A stretch of 64,000 nt of DNA from a virus (Duplodnaviria; Caudoviricetes). The stretch's first letter is position 1. Each line of letters starts with the position of its first letter. The stretch is taken from the IMG/VR virus record IMGVR_UViG_3300033069_001465. One strand, written 5' to 3'. The position numbers and the translations under genes were made by a program. Positions 38,851 to 48,512 of the stretch are shown piece after piece. A model generated the notes under the pieces. That model had not been told where the DNA came from. It saw nothing but the letters and a program-made list of their open reading frames with translations, and ran no database searches.

Positions 38851-39237
38851 TTATTTTTTTTCAATGATTATTTCATCAGCGTTATTATAATCTACTTTAA
38901 CTTGTCCAGCATTCATTCCTTTTGCTTTTTTAACGAATTTTTTCTTACAATAAAGTACTTTAATACTATTATCTTTTGATTTACAATTCTTAGCAGCTAT
39001 TAAAGCCACCTTTTTAATTGTCTCTTGTGTTGGTAGTTTGTCTTTTATTTTCATTACGACGTGACTACCGGGAACACCTTTTGCATGAAACCACATATCA
39101 TTATCATTTGCTACTTCTAATGTAACATAATCATTTGCCTCAGCATCTTTTCCTTGATATATAACAAAATCATCAATTATAATTTTTTTGAAATTAGGAC
39201 CTGATTTTTTTGATTCAAATGTTTTTAAATATTTCAT
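38851..39237 (-). CDS. Stand-alone NFACT-R (DUF814) RNA-binding domain protein
   Basis: GKDAEAND, DMWFHAKGVPGSHVV, G-x2-AGQV. Confidence 0.85.
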   Translation of the reverse strand: MKYLKTFESKKSGPNFKKIIIDDFVIYQGKDAEANDYVTLEVANDNDMWFHAKGVPGSHVVMKIKDKLPTQETIKKVALIAAKNCKSKDNSIKVLYCKKKFVKKAKGMNAGQVKVDYNNADEIIIEKK

Positions 39238-39662
39238 TATCTTGTATAAATATTTTTAAAAGAAAAATCCTGAGTATCATATAATATGATATTTTCATGA
39301 CCGAAAACTACAATAGTATCTTTAAAAAAGCTACATCCATGAATCTCATACATACTTAGAACGGATAACAAATCTTTATTTTTGAATACTAACACAAGAG
39401 ATAAATTATAATTGGCATATAATCTTATGTTATTATTTGTCGTTTTAAACCACAATGATCCATGCCTAATATCTTTTTTTGGTGATGATAAATCTATCGG
39501 ATCATCCAGCTGTGTCGTATTCAAGCGAAGACATTCTATTTTACTAGATATATCATTAATTTTTTTATTTCCATGTATAAAATCAATAGATGGATCATGA
39601 GTAATCTTGTTCCATGTTAGTACATCTTCCCCAGATTCATTTATTCTTTTTATATGTTTCAT
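39237..39662 (-). CDS. Hypothetical protein with capsid-targeting-like leader
   Basis: MKHIKRINES. Confidence 0.55.
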   Translation of the reverse strand: MKHIKRINESGEDVLTWNKITHDPSIDFIHGNKKINDISSKIECLRLNTTQLDDPIDLSSPKKDIRHGSLWFKTTNNNIRLYANYNLSLVLVFKNKDLLSVLSMYEIHGCSFFKDTIVVFGHENIILYDTQDFSFKNIYTR

Positions 39663-41557
39663 ATATATTTTTTTAAATTTTCTAATAATCTATCAGCATT
39701 ATCAAATGGTTTTGATAAATTTTCTAAATCCAAATTAGATGTATAATAATCTTTTCCTTTATTTATATAGAAGGCCTCTATAAGGTCATTAGGGACATTT
39801 ATACCAGAGTATCTACATTGATTTACGATTGGGATTATCGCCTGTTTAGGTGTGAAATTTTCGTCTTTAAATGACTTTGGGAAGTCTTTACCATCATAAT
39901 CATTCGCACCGTCATCACCATGTACATAAAATCCTGCCACTTTTCCCTCTAAATGGTTTTTTAATAAGTCGTTATATTCACCAGATTGTGCAAATTTACC
40001 GGTTATTTCTGAATTTTTCAAATTTCCTTTTCCCAATACTTTAATAGCGTCATCATAGTGTAATGTTTGACTAGCACAAACTAATCTATCAAATAAAGCT
40101 TTTACTTGACTACTAACAGAGTACCAATGTATTGGACTAAATACTAAAAAAGCATCACACTTTTCAAGCTTTGTATATATGTCTCCGTCATACATAAAGT
40201 CTGGCTTTTTTTCATCATTCTTTTTATAACATGTGCAGTACCAATGACAATTATGTACCTCAATACCTTCACATATAAATTTGTGAGAATCACTAACAGA
40301 TATATCATAGACATCCGATGTTTCTATGCTTTCTATGCTTTCAATTTTTCCGAAGGATGTATGCTTTTTAGAATTTCTATATTTAATATATTCAAATTTG
40401 TAGTCTTTGTTAATTATACCGATTTCTCGCATGAATATATTGGCATTTTTACCGCTTATAATCAACATAGAAGACCTTTTAATAAATTTATTAAATCTAA
40501 AAGTTTCTATATGATCTAGATATGATATTGATGATTTTATTCCAAACTTTGATAATAACATTTGACAATCTCTTAGAGAATCTTTACTAACACTTGTTAA
40601 ATTTATCTCATAATATTTATTTCCATTATTATTTCTTAATATAACAGATCCATCAGTAGCAAACCATCCATTTAAAAATTTAGATATTTGTATTTTAGAA
40701 GAATTCATTATTATATCTGGTATTCTTCTACTGTGAATATTTTTAATCTTTTCTGATTTAATTAAAGTGTTTAGCGAGATGTTTATATTTCTATCTTTAA
40801 AAGATATCCAGTTGGTAGTAGTATTTTTTGATATTGGACCTTGTGAAACTGAAATTTCAAAATTAGATGATATAAAATTAAAAAGTTTTTCATCTCTTAT
40901 ATCATAACACAATCTTAATTTTCCACTCTTATATGATCCATCTCCCCATATCATACCAGCAATATGATAAACATTAATGTTATTATCATCGTTAATAAAA
41001 TTTTCATTAAAATTAAATGGAAGTCTATCACCAATTTTGATATCTTTTACATTTTTCCACTTTTCTTCATATCCAATTAATTTTCTCTTATTCCCATTTT
41101 TATATATTGGATTTATTATTTTTATTGGGTGATTGTCGGTAAGTTTTATTTTTCTACCATCCGAAACTATCACTTCAAATACATCAGAGTCTTTTCCTGA
41201 CATCCAAGCATTTTCAACTACTCCAGTAGATAGTTCATCTCCAATTTGAATATCTTCAATTTTCTTAAATCCATACTTTGTTTCTACTCTTTCACCTTTT
41301 GCAATACAATGATATCCACCAGCAGTTGATACACATCCCTTACATGGTTGTATGATTGATTTTTTAGACTGATTTACTGATAAGTCAATCACATCAAAAT
41401 TATAAATGTCAGAATATTTATCAACGACATACTCAACGATTGTATGAGTTTTACTTTCCATATTTGGACAAGTGTCTTTATCCCTTGGAGATCCTTGAAA
41501 GATAATTACCTTAGGCTTACTTTTATTAATATCTTCAAATAGTTTAATATATTTCAT
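39659..41557 (-). CDS. Iron-sulfur flavoprotein/NADPH-dependent FMN reductase family protein, intein-containing
   Basis: QGSPR, PCKGC, SPIHW...KALFDRL, GKVAG. Confidence 0.8.
   Translation of the reverse strand: MKYIKLFEDINKSKPKVIIFQGSPRDKDTCPNMESKTHTIVEYVVDKYSDIYNFDVIDLSVNQSKKSIIQPCKGCVSTAGGYHCIAKGERVETKYGFKKIEDIQIGDELSTGVVENAWMSGKDSDVFEVIVSDGRKIKLTDNHPIKIINPIYKNGNKRKLIGYEEKWKNVKDIKIGDRLPFNFNENFINDDNNINVYHIAGMIWGDGSYKSGKLRLCYDIRDEKLFNFISSNFEISVSQGPISKNTTTNWISFKDRNINISLNTLIKSEKIKNIHSRRIPDIIMNSSKIQISKFLNGWFATDGSVILRNNNGNKYYEINLTSVSKDSLRDCQMLLSKFGIKSSISYLDHIETFRFNKFIKRSSMLIISGKNANIFMREIGIINKDYKFEYIKYRNSKKHTSFGKIESIESIETSDVYDISVSDSHKFICEGIEVHNCHWYCTCYKKNDEKKPDFMYDGDIYTKLEKCDAFLVFSPIHWYSVSSQVKALFDRLVCASQTLHYDDAIKVLGKGNLKNSEITGKFAQSGEYNDLLKNHLEGKVAGFYVHGDDGANDYDGKDFPKSFKDENFTPKQAIIPIVNQCRYSGINVPNDLIEAFYINKGKDYYTSNLDLENLSKPFDNADRLLENLKKYI
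40250..41308 (-). mobile_element. Intein with LAGLIDADG endonuclease (353 aa)
   Basis: Starts CIAKG; block B TDNHP; IAGMIWGDGS and FLNGWFATDGS; ends VYDISV...VHN followed by Cys. Confidence 0.92.
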
Positions 41558-42428
41558 ACATGTCTTTTATAAATTTTATTACACCGTCAAGTTGGTCACA
41601 TTTATACATTTTTTCCTCCCAATTAACAACACTTCCATCATCCATTCCAACACATGCCAAAAACCAATCATCACTACATTTCATTATATCTATAGTTTCT
41701 TTTTCATTATTTGGTTTTATCCTCATAGTAAAATTTTTAACTACTATAACATCATCTTCTGATGTTTCTGATAATTTATGGCTTTTTATACTATCACCAT
41801 CATGTATCCTTATTTCTTCACTCTCAAACCACTTATCTAATCCCCAATTATCTGAGATAAGCCATTCTTTACCACCGGTAATAAGAGAAGCATCTTCAGT
41901 TTCAACCATAAAATCCTTTCCAACAAAATTCTTTAGTGTTAATATTTCACTGTTTGAAAGAAAGTATATATCGGGATTTTGTATAGTATTATCAAATTCG
42001 TCTTGTGTTACTTTATAATAATAGTTATTCTTAACATCTAATGATTCATCAACTTTGTTGGGTAATAGTGTTTTAAGACATTTTATAACACCATTTATTT
42101 GATCGCACTCATAAAAGAATGGATAGTCTGTTACTTGAAACCACTCATCTTTATATTTTTCTACTTTTATATATTTTTTCATAGATGTATCTTTATATGG
42201 AATCCATGTTCCTACACCAATAGGATGCTCATATGATCCTTGTTCTAACTCAAATTTATCAACTCTATATTTTCTTAAAAGTGATTTTATTTGATCAAAT
42301 TCTACATCAGTAAAGATATCTAAGTTAGAAGCAAAAAACTTTTCAACACCTTCACTGGCAGGCCCCCTGGATCCATAAGAAATCTCCCTAAATCCATTAA
42401 ATTTTTCAAATATTTTTAAATATTTCAT
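41544..42428 (-). CDS. Tandem CDQ-domain protein with capsid-targeting-like leader
   Basis: MKYLKIFEKFN; FYECDQINGV and MYKCDQLDGV, separated by VDES. Confidence 0.65.
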   Translation of the reverse strand: MKYLKIFEKFNGFREISYGSRGPASEGVEKFFASNLDIFTDVEFDQIKSLLRKYRVDKFELEQGSYEHPIGVGTWIPYKDTSMKKYIKVEKYKDEWFQVTDYPFFYECDQINGVIKCLKTLLPNKVDESLDVKNNYYYKVTQDEFDNTIQNPDIYFLSNSEILTLKNFVGKDFMVETEDASLITGGKEWLISDNWGLDKWFESEEIRIHDGDSIKSHKLSETSEDDVIVVKNFTMRIKPNNEKETIDIMKCSDDWFLACVGMDDGSVVNWEEKMYKCDQLDGVIKFIKDMYEIY

Positions 42429-42760
42429 TTATTTATAACTTTATTTAGGTATTGCAATCCATAGAATATATCAACAACTCTTAATTTAATAACACCTTGT
42501 ACGGCAGGTGATGTAAAGCTATGCCCCTGCTTTCTAAGTAAAGCTGTTATCCAAATATAATCACCTCTTTTAACCTCTTTGACTGATAAATCCGTATTTA
42601 TGCCAATAGCACCTTCAGTAACAGGTATATCTTTCGGGTCGGTAAATATATCTAAGATTTCTTCGATTTGATACTCACCTTTAAGTTTTTGTATTTCTGG
42701 CTCTAAGTCTTTATTCTCAATATCTGAGGATAATTCGTCGTACTTTTTGATTTTATTCAT
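42425..42760 (-). CDS. Hypothetical protein
   Basis: MNKIKKYDEL; late motif at 42765-42773. Confidence 0.6.
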   Translation of the reverse strand: MNKIKKYDELSSDIENKDLEPEIQKLKGEYQIEEILDIFTDPKDIPVTEGAIGINTDLSVKEVKRGDYIWITALLRKQGHSFTSPAVQGVIKLRVVDIFYGLQYLNKVINK

Positions 42761-42811
42761 AAATTATATATTAAAATAAACAAGTAGTAAAATTTTAATA
42801 TATAACTTAAT

Positions 42812-44143
42812 ATGTCAAAGTTAATAACATTAAACGAAATGACGGATGAACAATTACTCAATGAATTATTTGATAACGAAATAGTCATATTTGAAGATGT
42901 TCAAGGAAGCAAAATCTACGTTAACTGGAATGGAAGAGAGTTTATAATAAAATCAAAATCACTATCTTCTGATCCTATTAACATGATAGATTTAGCTATG
43001 CAAAACTATTATAATCACGCAATTAACTATTTTAATTCACTTGATAATAGGGTTAAAGGATTACTAAATAGAGGATGGTGGTTTTGCTTTGAATATTTTG
43101 CAGATAACCAGCCAGCTAATATTGAATATAATAGAGTTCCGAAAAATAATTTGGTATTGGTATCCATTGCCAAAGGAAGCAAATTCACCTATACTATTGA
43201 TGAAATAGAGGAATATGCTCGTTTATTTGATGTGGATTCTATACCTGTTGTATTTAAAGGTAAATTAAGTGAAAAAGCAGCTGAGGCAATTAAGTATTTT
43301 TTAAACACCTCAGATTCAGATTTGGAATATGTTTTTGGAGATAAATCATTTACATTTTTCTTCTATAAGATTTTAAACCCACAAATAAATAATTCTTTTT
43401 TAATGAATGATGATTTTCAAAAAAACATTGAAAAACTTATTATTCGTGTCAATGGTAAAGATGTATCATTTGAATTATTAAATCCCTTATATAAAAGAAT
43501 TAGTAGTTCCAATTCTACAGAATTTGTAGAAGTTTATAGTCTTATATTAGTGAATTTTCTTAATTTCTGCCAATCTATTGATTTTAATTCAATTAAATTA
43601 AAAGGTGGCAGAAGAGAAGAAGTTTATATTTACCTAATGTGTAAATTATATAATATGTATGTATCTGAAGTAAAAGAAGACTTATTAAATTTTGATTTTG
43701 TAGTTCCAGAATTTTTTGATAAGGATAAATTTAGAATTAATACTGAATTAATAGACAATAAATTAACAAAAGAGTATATTGAAGAAAATAGAAAATTAGA
43801 ATATATTTTAAAAGTGATTCTAGGATCATTTAATAAGAAACGAAAAAAACCAATAGGGGTATTTACAGAAAATACAATTAACATTTTTAATAGATTTGTT
43901 GATTTTATTAGTAAGAAAATTGATGAGTATCTTAACAAAAAAAGTGAAACCGAATTTGTTAAAAAAGGATTAGTTGACTTCTCACAATGGTTTGATATTA
44001 AATATGATAAAGACGGTGAGGGTCAAGTTTACCCTAGTGTATGGGATGAAATAGAATCTGGTGGTGAACAGAAAAAAGGCAAAAAAGGCTCCAAAAAATC
44101 AGTTATATCAGATGAAAAAAATAACATTCAACCTACTAAGTAA
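42812..44143 (+). CDS. RNA-ligase-fold protein, apparently catalytically inactive
   Basis: FEDVQGS at motif I, FEYF, IPVVFKG, EKLII. Confidence 0.5.
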   Translation: MSKLITLNEMTDEQLLNELFDNEIVIFEDVQGSKIYVNWNGREFIIKSKSLSSDPINMIDLAMQNYYNHAINYFNSLDNRVKGLLNRGWWFCFEYFADNQPANIEYNRVPKNNLVLVSIAKGSKFTYTIDEIEEYARLFDVDSIPVVFKGKLSEKAAEAIKYFLNTSDSDLEYVFGDKSFTFFFYKILNPQINNSFLMNDDFQKNIEKLIIRVNGKDVSFELLNPLYKRISSSNSTEFVEVYSLILVNFLNFCQSIDFNSIKLKGGRREEVYIYLMCKLYNMYVSEVKEDLLNFDFVVPEFFDKDKFRINTELIDNKLTKEYIEENRKLEYILKVILGSFNKKRKKPIGVFTENTINIFNRFVDFISKKIDEYLNKKSETEFVKKGLVDFSQWFDIKYDKDGEGQVYPSVWDEIESGGEQKKGKKGSKKSVISDEKNNIQPTK

Positions 44144-44657
44144 GCTAACATTATTTTTAATTACAATTTTTAGTCTTACATCTTGCACAATTTATAAAAT
44201 TGGACAAACACCAGATGATATGTACTATTCTCCACAATTGAATAGATATGTTCAGCAGACTACAAATAACTATACAATTGAAGATATACGTTTAAGACAT
44301 CAGATGTATGATTATAGATTCAGACTACTTGACTATGATGACTGGTATTATCAGAATAGATATACTAATCGAGGATATATTACTTTTGGATATACTTACA
44401 ATTGGAGATATTTAAATTATAATAATTTGTATCATCATAATTGGTATAATCCATACCTCTCATATCGTCCTGTCTATACATATTACAGAGCACAATATAG
44501 TAGTAATAATAATCGAAGAGTTAATACACCAAGAGTAGTTAATCTTAATACTTATAGGCCAGCTAACAATAACAATAGGCCAGCTAACAATAGGCCAGCT
44601 AACAATAACAATAGGCCGTCTAGCAATAATAGATCTGCTCCTATTAGGGTATTTTAA
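44112..44657 (+). CDS. Predicted lipoprotein (start revised to MKKITF)
   Basis: Basic N-terminus, hydrophobic core, LTS-C lipobox; Tyr/Asn-rich; RPANN repeats. Confidence 0.65.
   Translation: MKKITFNLLSKLTLFLITIFSLTSCTIYKIGQTPDDMYYSPQLNRYVQQTTNNYTIEDIRLRHQMYDYRFRLLDYDDWYYQNRYTNRGYITFGYTYNWRYLNYNNLYHHNWYNPYLSYRPVYTYYRAQYSSNNNRRVNTPRVVNLNTYRPANNNNRPANNRPANNNNRPSSNNRSAPIRVF
44554..44618 (+). repeat. Coding tandem repeats ATAGGCCAGCTAAC(AATAAC)
   Basis: About four copies encoding RPANN(NN). Confidence 0.75.
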
Positions 44658-44697
44658 TCGGTAAAAATAAATTTTTTTCATAAACAAACATATACTC

Positions 44698-45921
44698 ATG
44701 AGTATAATTTCTATGAATAAAGTTGTCGAATTTAAAGAGAAAGACTATTTAAGAACTATTGATAAAAAGAAACATAGCTTGCAATTTTTACCAGCCTCAC
44801 TTGAAGAACTGTCTAAAGTAAAAAAAATATCATATGGCGGAGTAGAATTAAAAACCTCCTATATTATAGATATTGTACATAATTTATTACTAAAATATTA
44901 TTTTAAAAAAGATAACTCATTTAATTTATCTGCTACCATCTTGAAAGAAAAATATGGCCACATATACAATTACTATATGGATTATCTAGTCAAGAATGAA
45001 TTCATTATTCTTGTCAGAAAACATCAAAAGGGTAAAAATTCTCGAATATATAAGCTCAACGAAAAGATTATAAAAGGTGAGATAAAACGGTATAAGAATC
45101 AAGATAATGTTTTATTAAAGAAATATCGAAATGCTATTTCAATTGTTGATAGCCCTCATTACGGAAAAGGCATACTAACTGAAGTAAAAAAGAAATTAGT
45201 TAATGATCTATTCTCAATTAATATAGATTATGTAAAATCTATATTTTTCTTAGATAGTACAAATCAAGATAATGATATTTATAATAAAAATAAGTATAGC
45301 GTAGAATGCATTAAAGATAATCACATATTTTATCACTTTGATGATTATGGAAGGATGCATACAAACTTTACCATCTTAAAATCATTTATTCGAAAAAATT
45401 GCCTACTCATAGATGGTGAAGAAACTTGCGAAATAGATATACCGAATAGTCAACCACTGTTTCTATATAAACTCATTAAAGATAATGATATATTTATCGT
45501 TAAAGATGAAGAGTTGGAATTATTTAGGATACTAACTGCTAGTGGTAAATTCTATCAATATTTACTTGATAATTGTGGATCACAAATGAGTAGAAAGGAA
45601 ATTAAAGAGGTTGTTTATAAGGTTTTATTCGGACGTAATTACAAAAATAATGCAGATAATCTATTTAAGAAATTGTTTCCGACTATTCATACATTTATAA
45701 AATCTTATAAAAAAGAAATGGGTGATTATAGAATGTTGTCTTATAATCTACAAAGGGCCGAATCTAACTTAATCTTTAATAGAATTATTAAGACGATAAT
45801 GGAGTTAGATCCCAATATTAAACTGATAACTGTTCATGATAGTATTATTTGTGCTAGAAAACACAAGGAAGCAGTTGAAATAGTATTCAATACACTATTA
45901 AAAGATGAGTTTGATTATTAA
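44698..45921 (+). CDS. Minimal family-A-like polymerase (TV-Pol-like), no exonuclease domain
   Basis: YGRMH, EIDIPNSQP (motif A), RKEIK (motif B), LQRAES, TVHDS (motif C). Confidence 0.7.
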   Translation: MSIISMNKVVEFKEKDYLRTIDKKKHSLQFLPASLEELSKVKKISYGGVELKTSYIIDIVHNLLLKYYFKKDNSFNLSATILKEKYGHIYNYYMDYLVKNEFIILVRKHQKGKNSRIYKLNEKIIKGEIKRYKNQDNVLLKKYRNAISIVDSPHYGKGILTEVKKKLVNDLFSINIDYVKSIFFLDSTNQDNDIYNKNKYSVECIKDNHIFYHFDDYGRMHTNFTILKSFIRKNCLLIDGEETCEIDIPNSQPLFLYKLIKDNDIFIVKDEELELFRILTASGKFYQYLLDNCGSQMSRKEIKEVVYKVLFGRNYKNNADNLFKKLFPTIHTFIKSYKKEMGDYRMLSYNLQRAESNLIFNRIIKTIMELDPNIKLITVHDSIICARKHKEAVEIVFNTLLKDEFDY

Positions 45922-45949
45922 GTCAGTTGATTAATTTAATATATAATTT

Positions 45950-46522
45950 ATGTTCAATTTAACTGATAGGAATATATCATATATTATAGTCTCACCTGAG
46001 AAGGAATCAAATACGCAAATAGATAATAAGTTCTTATGTGATAAGTTGTGTAATATTCTTTACTCTAAAGGATATACAATATTACCCGTAACTGGTCACT
46101 ATGAAGGAAGTTATGAAAGATCTTTTATAGCTGTTTGTGGTGATGGTAACGATATTTTAAGAAAAGACGCTTTTTTCCTAATGGAAGAGTTTGATCAGGA
46201 TTCTATTATAGCAAAATATAAAGGAGAAGAACAAGCTAAGAAAATTCTAAATAATGGATCTGAGAAGCTATTAAGTGTAGCAATTTACGATTCTAATACT
46301 ACAAATAAAACATACTTATATAATGGAGTATCCTTCTCATTCTTAGAGCAAAAAAGATATCATTTTTTAACTGGAAAAGAACAATTGAAAAAGGGAATGA
46401 TTGTTGAATTTTATAATAATGATCAATGGATTGAAAAGGTAGTTGAAAATATTGATGTGGAATATGAAAGACTATATAAATTATTAATTAAATATAACAA
46501 ACTTAGAGTTTGTATGGAATAA
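45950..46522 (+). CDS. Putative SAM lyase-like/DUF3293-like protein
   Basis: YIIVS...N, VTGHYEGSYERSF, FDQDSII resemble the T3 SAMase pattern. Confidence 0.45.
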   Translation: MFNLTDRNISYIIVSPEKESNTQIDNKFLCDKLCNILYSKGYTILPVTGHYEGSYERSFIAVCGDGNDILRKDAFFLMEEFDQDSIIAKYKGEEQAKKILNNGSEKLLSVAIYDSNTTNKTYLYNGVSFSFLEQKRYHFLTGKEQLKKGMIVEFYNNDQWIEKVVENIDVEYERLYKLLIKYNKLRVCME

Positions 46523-46524
46523 AA

Positions 46525-46809
46525 TTAGCTATTTATACTATCAATTTGCATATCACGGTACAAAGATAATACACGAAAGTATTCTTTATTATTTGATGGT
46601 GATACTCTTCTCAATACTGATAAATATCCTTGTAAAATATCAATTAGATTTGAATCAAAAAACTTTCCTTGTTTACTTGTGTCTGGATCCTCTTGTTTAC
46701 TCGTTGCATAATAAACCACCGACTTTAAATATGTGTCATAGTAATAATGAATTACTCCACCACTATATGATTCTTTATATAGAAAGATATTCCACATCAA
46801 TACTTCCAA
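46525..46809 (-). CDS. Hypothetical protein
   Basis: C-terminal YRDMQIDSI. Confidence 0.5.
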   Translation of the reverse strand: MEVLMWNIFLYKESYSGGVIHYYYDTYLKSVVYYATSKQEDPDTSKQGKFFDSNLIDILQGYLSVLRRVSPSNNKEYFRVLSLYRDMQIDSINS

Positions 46810-46816
46810 CTATTTT

Positions 46817-47503
46817 TTATTTTTTAGAATCTTCAGCTGCTTCTTCTAAATCAGCTTTTTTAGCCGCATCAGCTAATACTTGAGATAAATCACACTCTTG
46901 TGCAGAAACACCAGCACTTCTATAAGAAGTTAATGTAGCACTGAATACTTTACTCATTTTCTTAGTTCCTTTGGAATCTGCTGCAAAGTTATAAGAAGCT
47001 CCGATACCTCTGGATGAACCTTCAGCAAATGAATCTTGGTTAGCACCAATATACATAAACTTCCAATTGTAATTCTTTTCTTGATGTTCAATAAGGGTTT
47101 TAACACTTTGTTTTGTATGCTCTTTTGAAGCATTTTCATGTCCATCAGTAATAGATACGATAAGAACTTTTTCTGGCCTTTCGGATTCATCTTTTGCCGC
47201 TAATCTAGCACCAGTTTCATTGATTAACCTAGCCAAGGAATCATTTAAAGGAGTAGATCCTCTTGGGGTATAATTAGATTCGTTTAATAACTTAACCTCA
47301 TTAAGTGGGGAAAAATCATTAATTGTTTCAAATTGTAACCCCATATTCTCATCAAATTGAACTAAAGTAACAGTTAAATCACCTGGTACATTTTTTTGAT
47401 CCTCAATTAGTTGGTTAAAACCACCAATAACATCAGATTTGATACTATTCATTGAACCAGATCTGTCAATTAAAATAGCAACGTGTGTGTAATTGTTTTT
47501 CAT
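46817..47503 (-). CDS. von Willebrand factor A domain protein
   Basis: DRSGSM MIDAS, GSTPL, ITDGHENAS. Confidence 0.9.
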   Translation of the reverse strand: MKNNYTHVAILIDRSGSMNSIKSDVIGGFNQLIEDQKNVPGDLTVTLVQFDENMGLQFETINDFSPLNEVKLLNESNYTPRGSTPLNDSLARLINETGARLAAKDESERPEKVLIVSITDGHENASKEHTKQSVKTLIEHQEKNYNWKFMYIGANQDSFAEGSSRGIGASYNFAADSKGTKKMSKVFSATLTSYRSAGVSAQECDLSQVLADAAKKADLEEAAEDSKK

Positions 47504-47564
47504 TATAAAAACTATTTTTTTATTGCTTTCGCATTATAGAATAAAATTTATAATATATAAATTT

Positions 47565-48512
47565 ATGAAAGTTTACAATGTTTATAAACTATTTGAGAAT
47601 AAAAACATTAATTTTATTAAAAGGTCTATGAGTATTCATAGTAATTTCTATACTTATGATAAAGTTAATTATGTAGATTCAAAGTCTCCAGTTTTAATAA
47701 CATGTCCAAATCATGGTGATTTTTATCAAATTCCATATAACCATCTTATGGGCAAAGGATGTAAAAAATGTTCAGTAGAAAGAAATAAATTAAAATTTAC
47801 CAAAAGTAAAGATAGGTTTATTGATGATTCAAAAAATGTGCATTTTGATACATTTAATTATGATAAAGTAAAGTATATCAATGATTCTACTAAAGTTGTA
47901 ATTACCTGCCCAATTCATGGTGATTTTGAGCAAACTCCAAATAAACATTTGTTGGGCCAAGGATGTCCACTTTGCAAATTTGACAAATCAAAAACATCCT
48001 TTAATAAAAAATATTCAACATCATTTATAGATAAGTCAAATAGAGTTCATAATGGATATTACGACTACTCAAAGGCCAAATATTTAAATGCTAAATACCC
48101 AATTGAAATTATTTGTCCTAAACACGGATCTTTTTTACAACTTCCTTATAATCATCTTATAGGAAGGGGATGTATTAAATGTTCACAATCACAAGGTGAA
48201 AAAGCGATTGAATCTTTTTTAGTTTTAAACAAATTAGAGTATGAGTTTCAAAAAAAATTTCCTGATTGTAAAAATAAAGTACCATTATCCTTTGATTTTT
48301 ATTTACCAAAGTTTGACACACTAATTGAATTTGATGGCCTGCAACATTATAAACCATTGGGATATTTTGGTGGAGACAAGAAATTAGAATTTACACAACT
48401 ATGTGATAAAATAAAAAACGAATATTGTCTAAAAAACAATATTCGTTTGATAAGAATTTCATATAGTGATATTAAAAATATAAATAGAATATTATCAGGA
48501 ATACTGATTTAG
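47565..48512 (+). CDS. Homing-endonuclease-like protein (DUF723-type repeats plus Vsr-like nuclease; start revised)
   Basis: Three CPxHG repeats; SQGE, FDFYL, IEFDGLQHY; late motif at 47551-47559. Confidence 0.75.
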   Translation: MKVYNVYKLFENKNINFIKRSMSIHSNFYTYDKVNYVDSKSPVLITCPNHGDFYQIPYNHLMGKGCKKCSVERNKLKFTKSKDRFIDDSKNVHFDTFNYDKVKYINDSTKVVITCPIHGDFEQTPNKHLLGQGCPLCKFDKSKTSFNKKYSTSFIDKSNRVHNGYYDYSKAKYLNAKYPIEIICPKHGSFLQLPYNHLIGRGCIKCSQSQGEKAIESFLVLNKLEYEFQKKFPDCKNKVPLSFDFYLPKFDTLIEFDGLQHYKPLGYFGGDKKLEFTQLCDKIKNEYCLKNNIRLIRISYSDIKNINRILSGILI

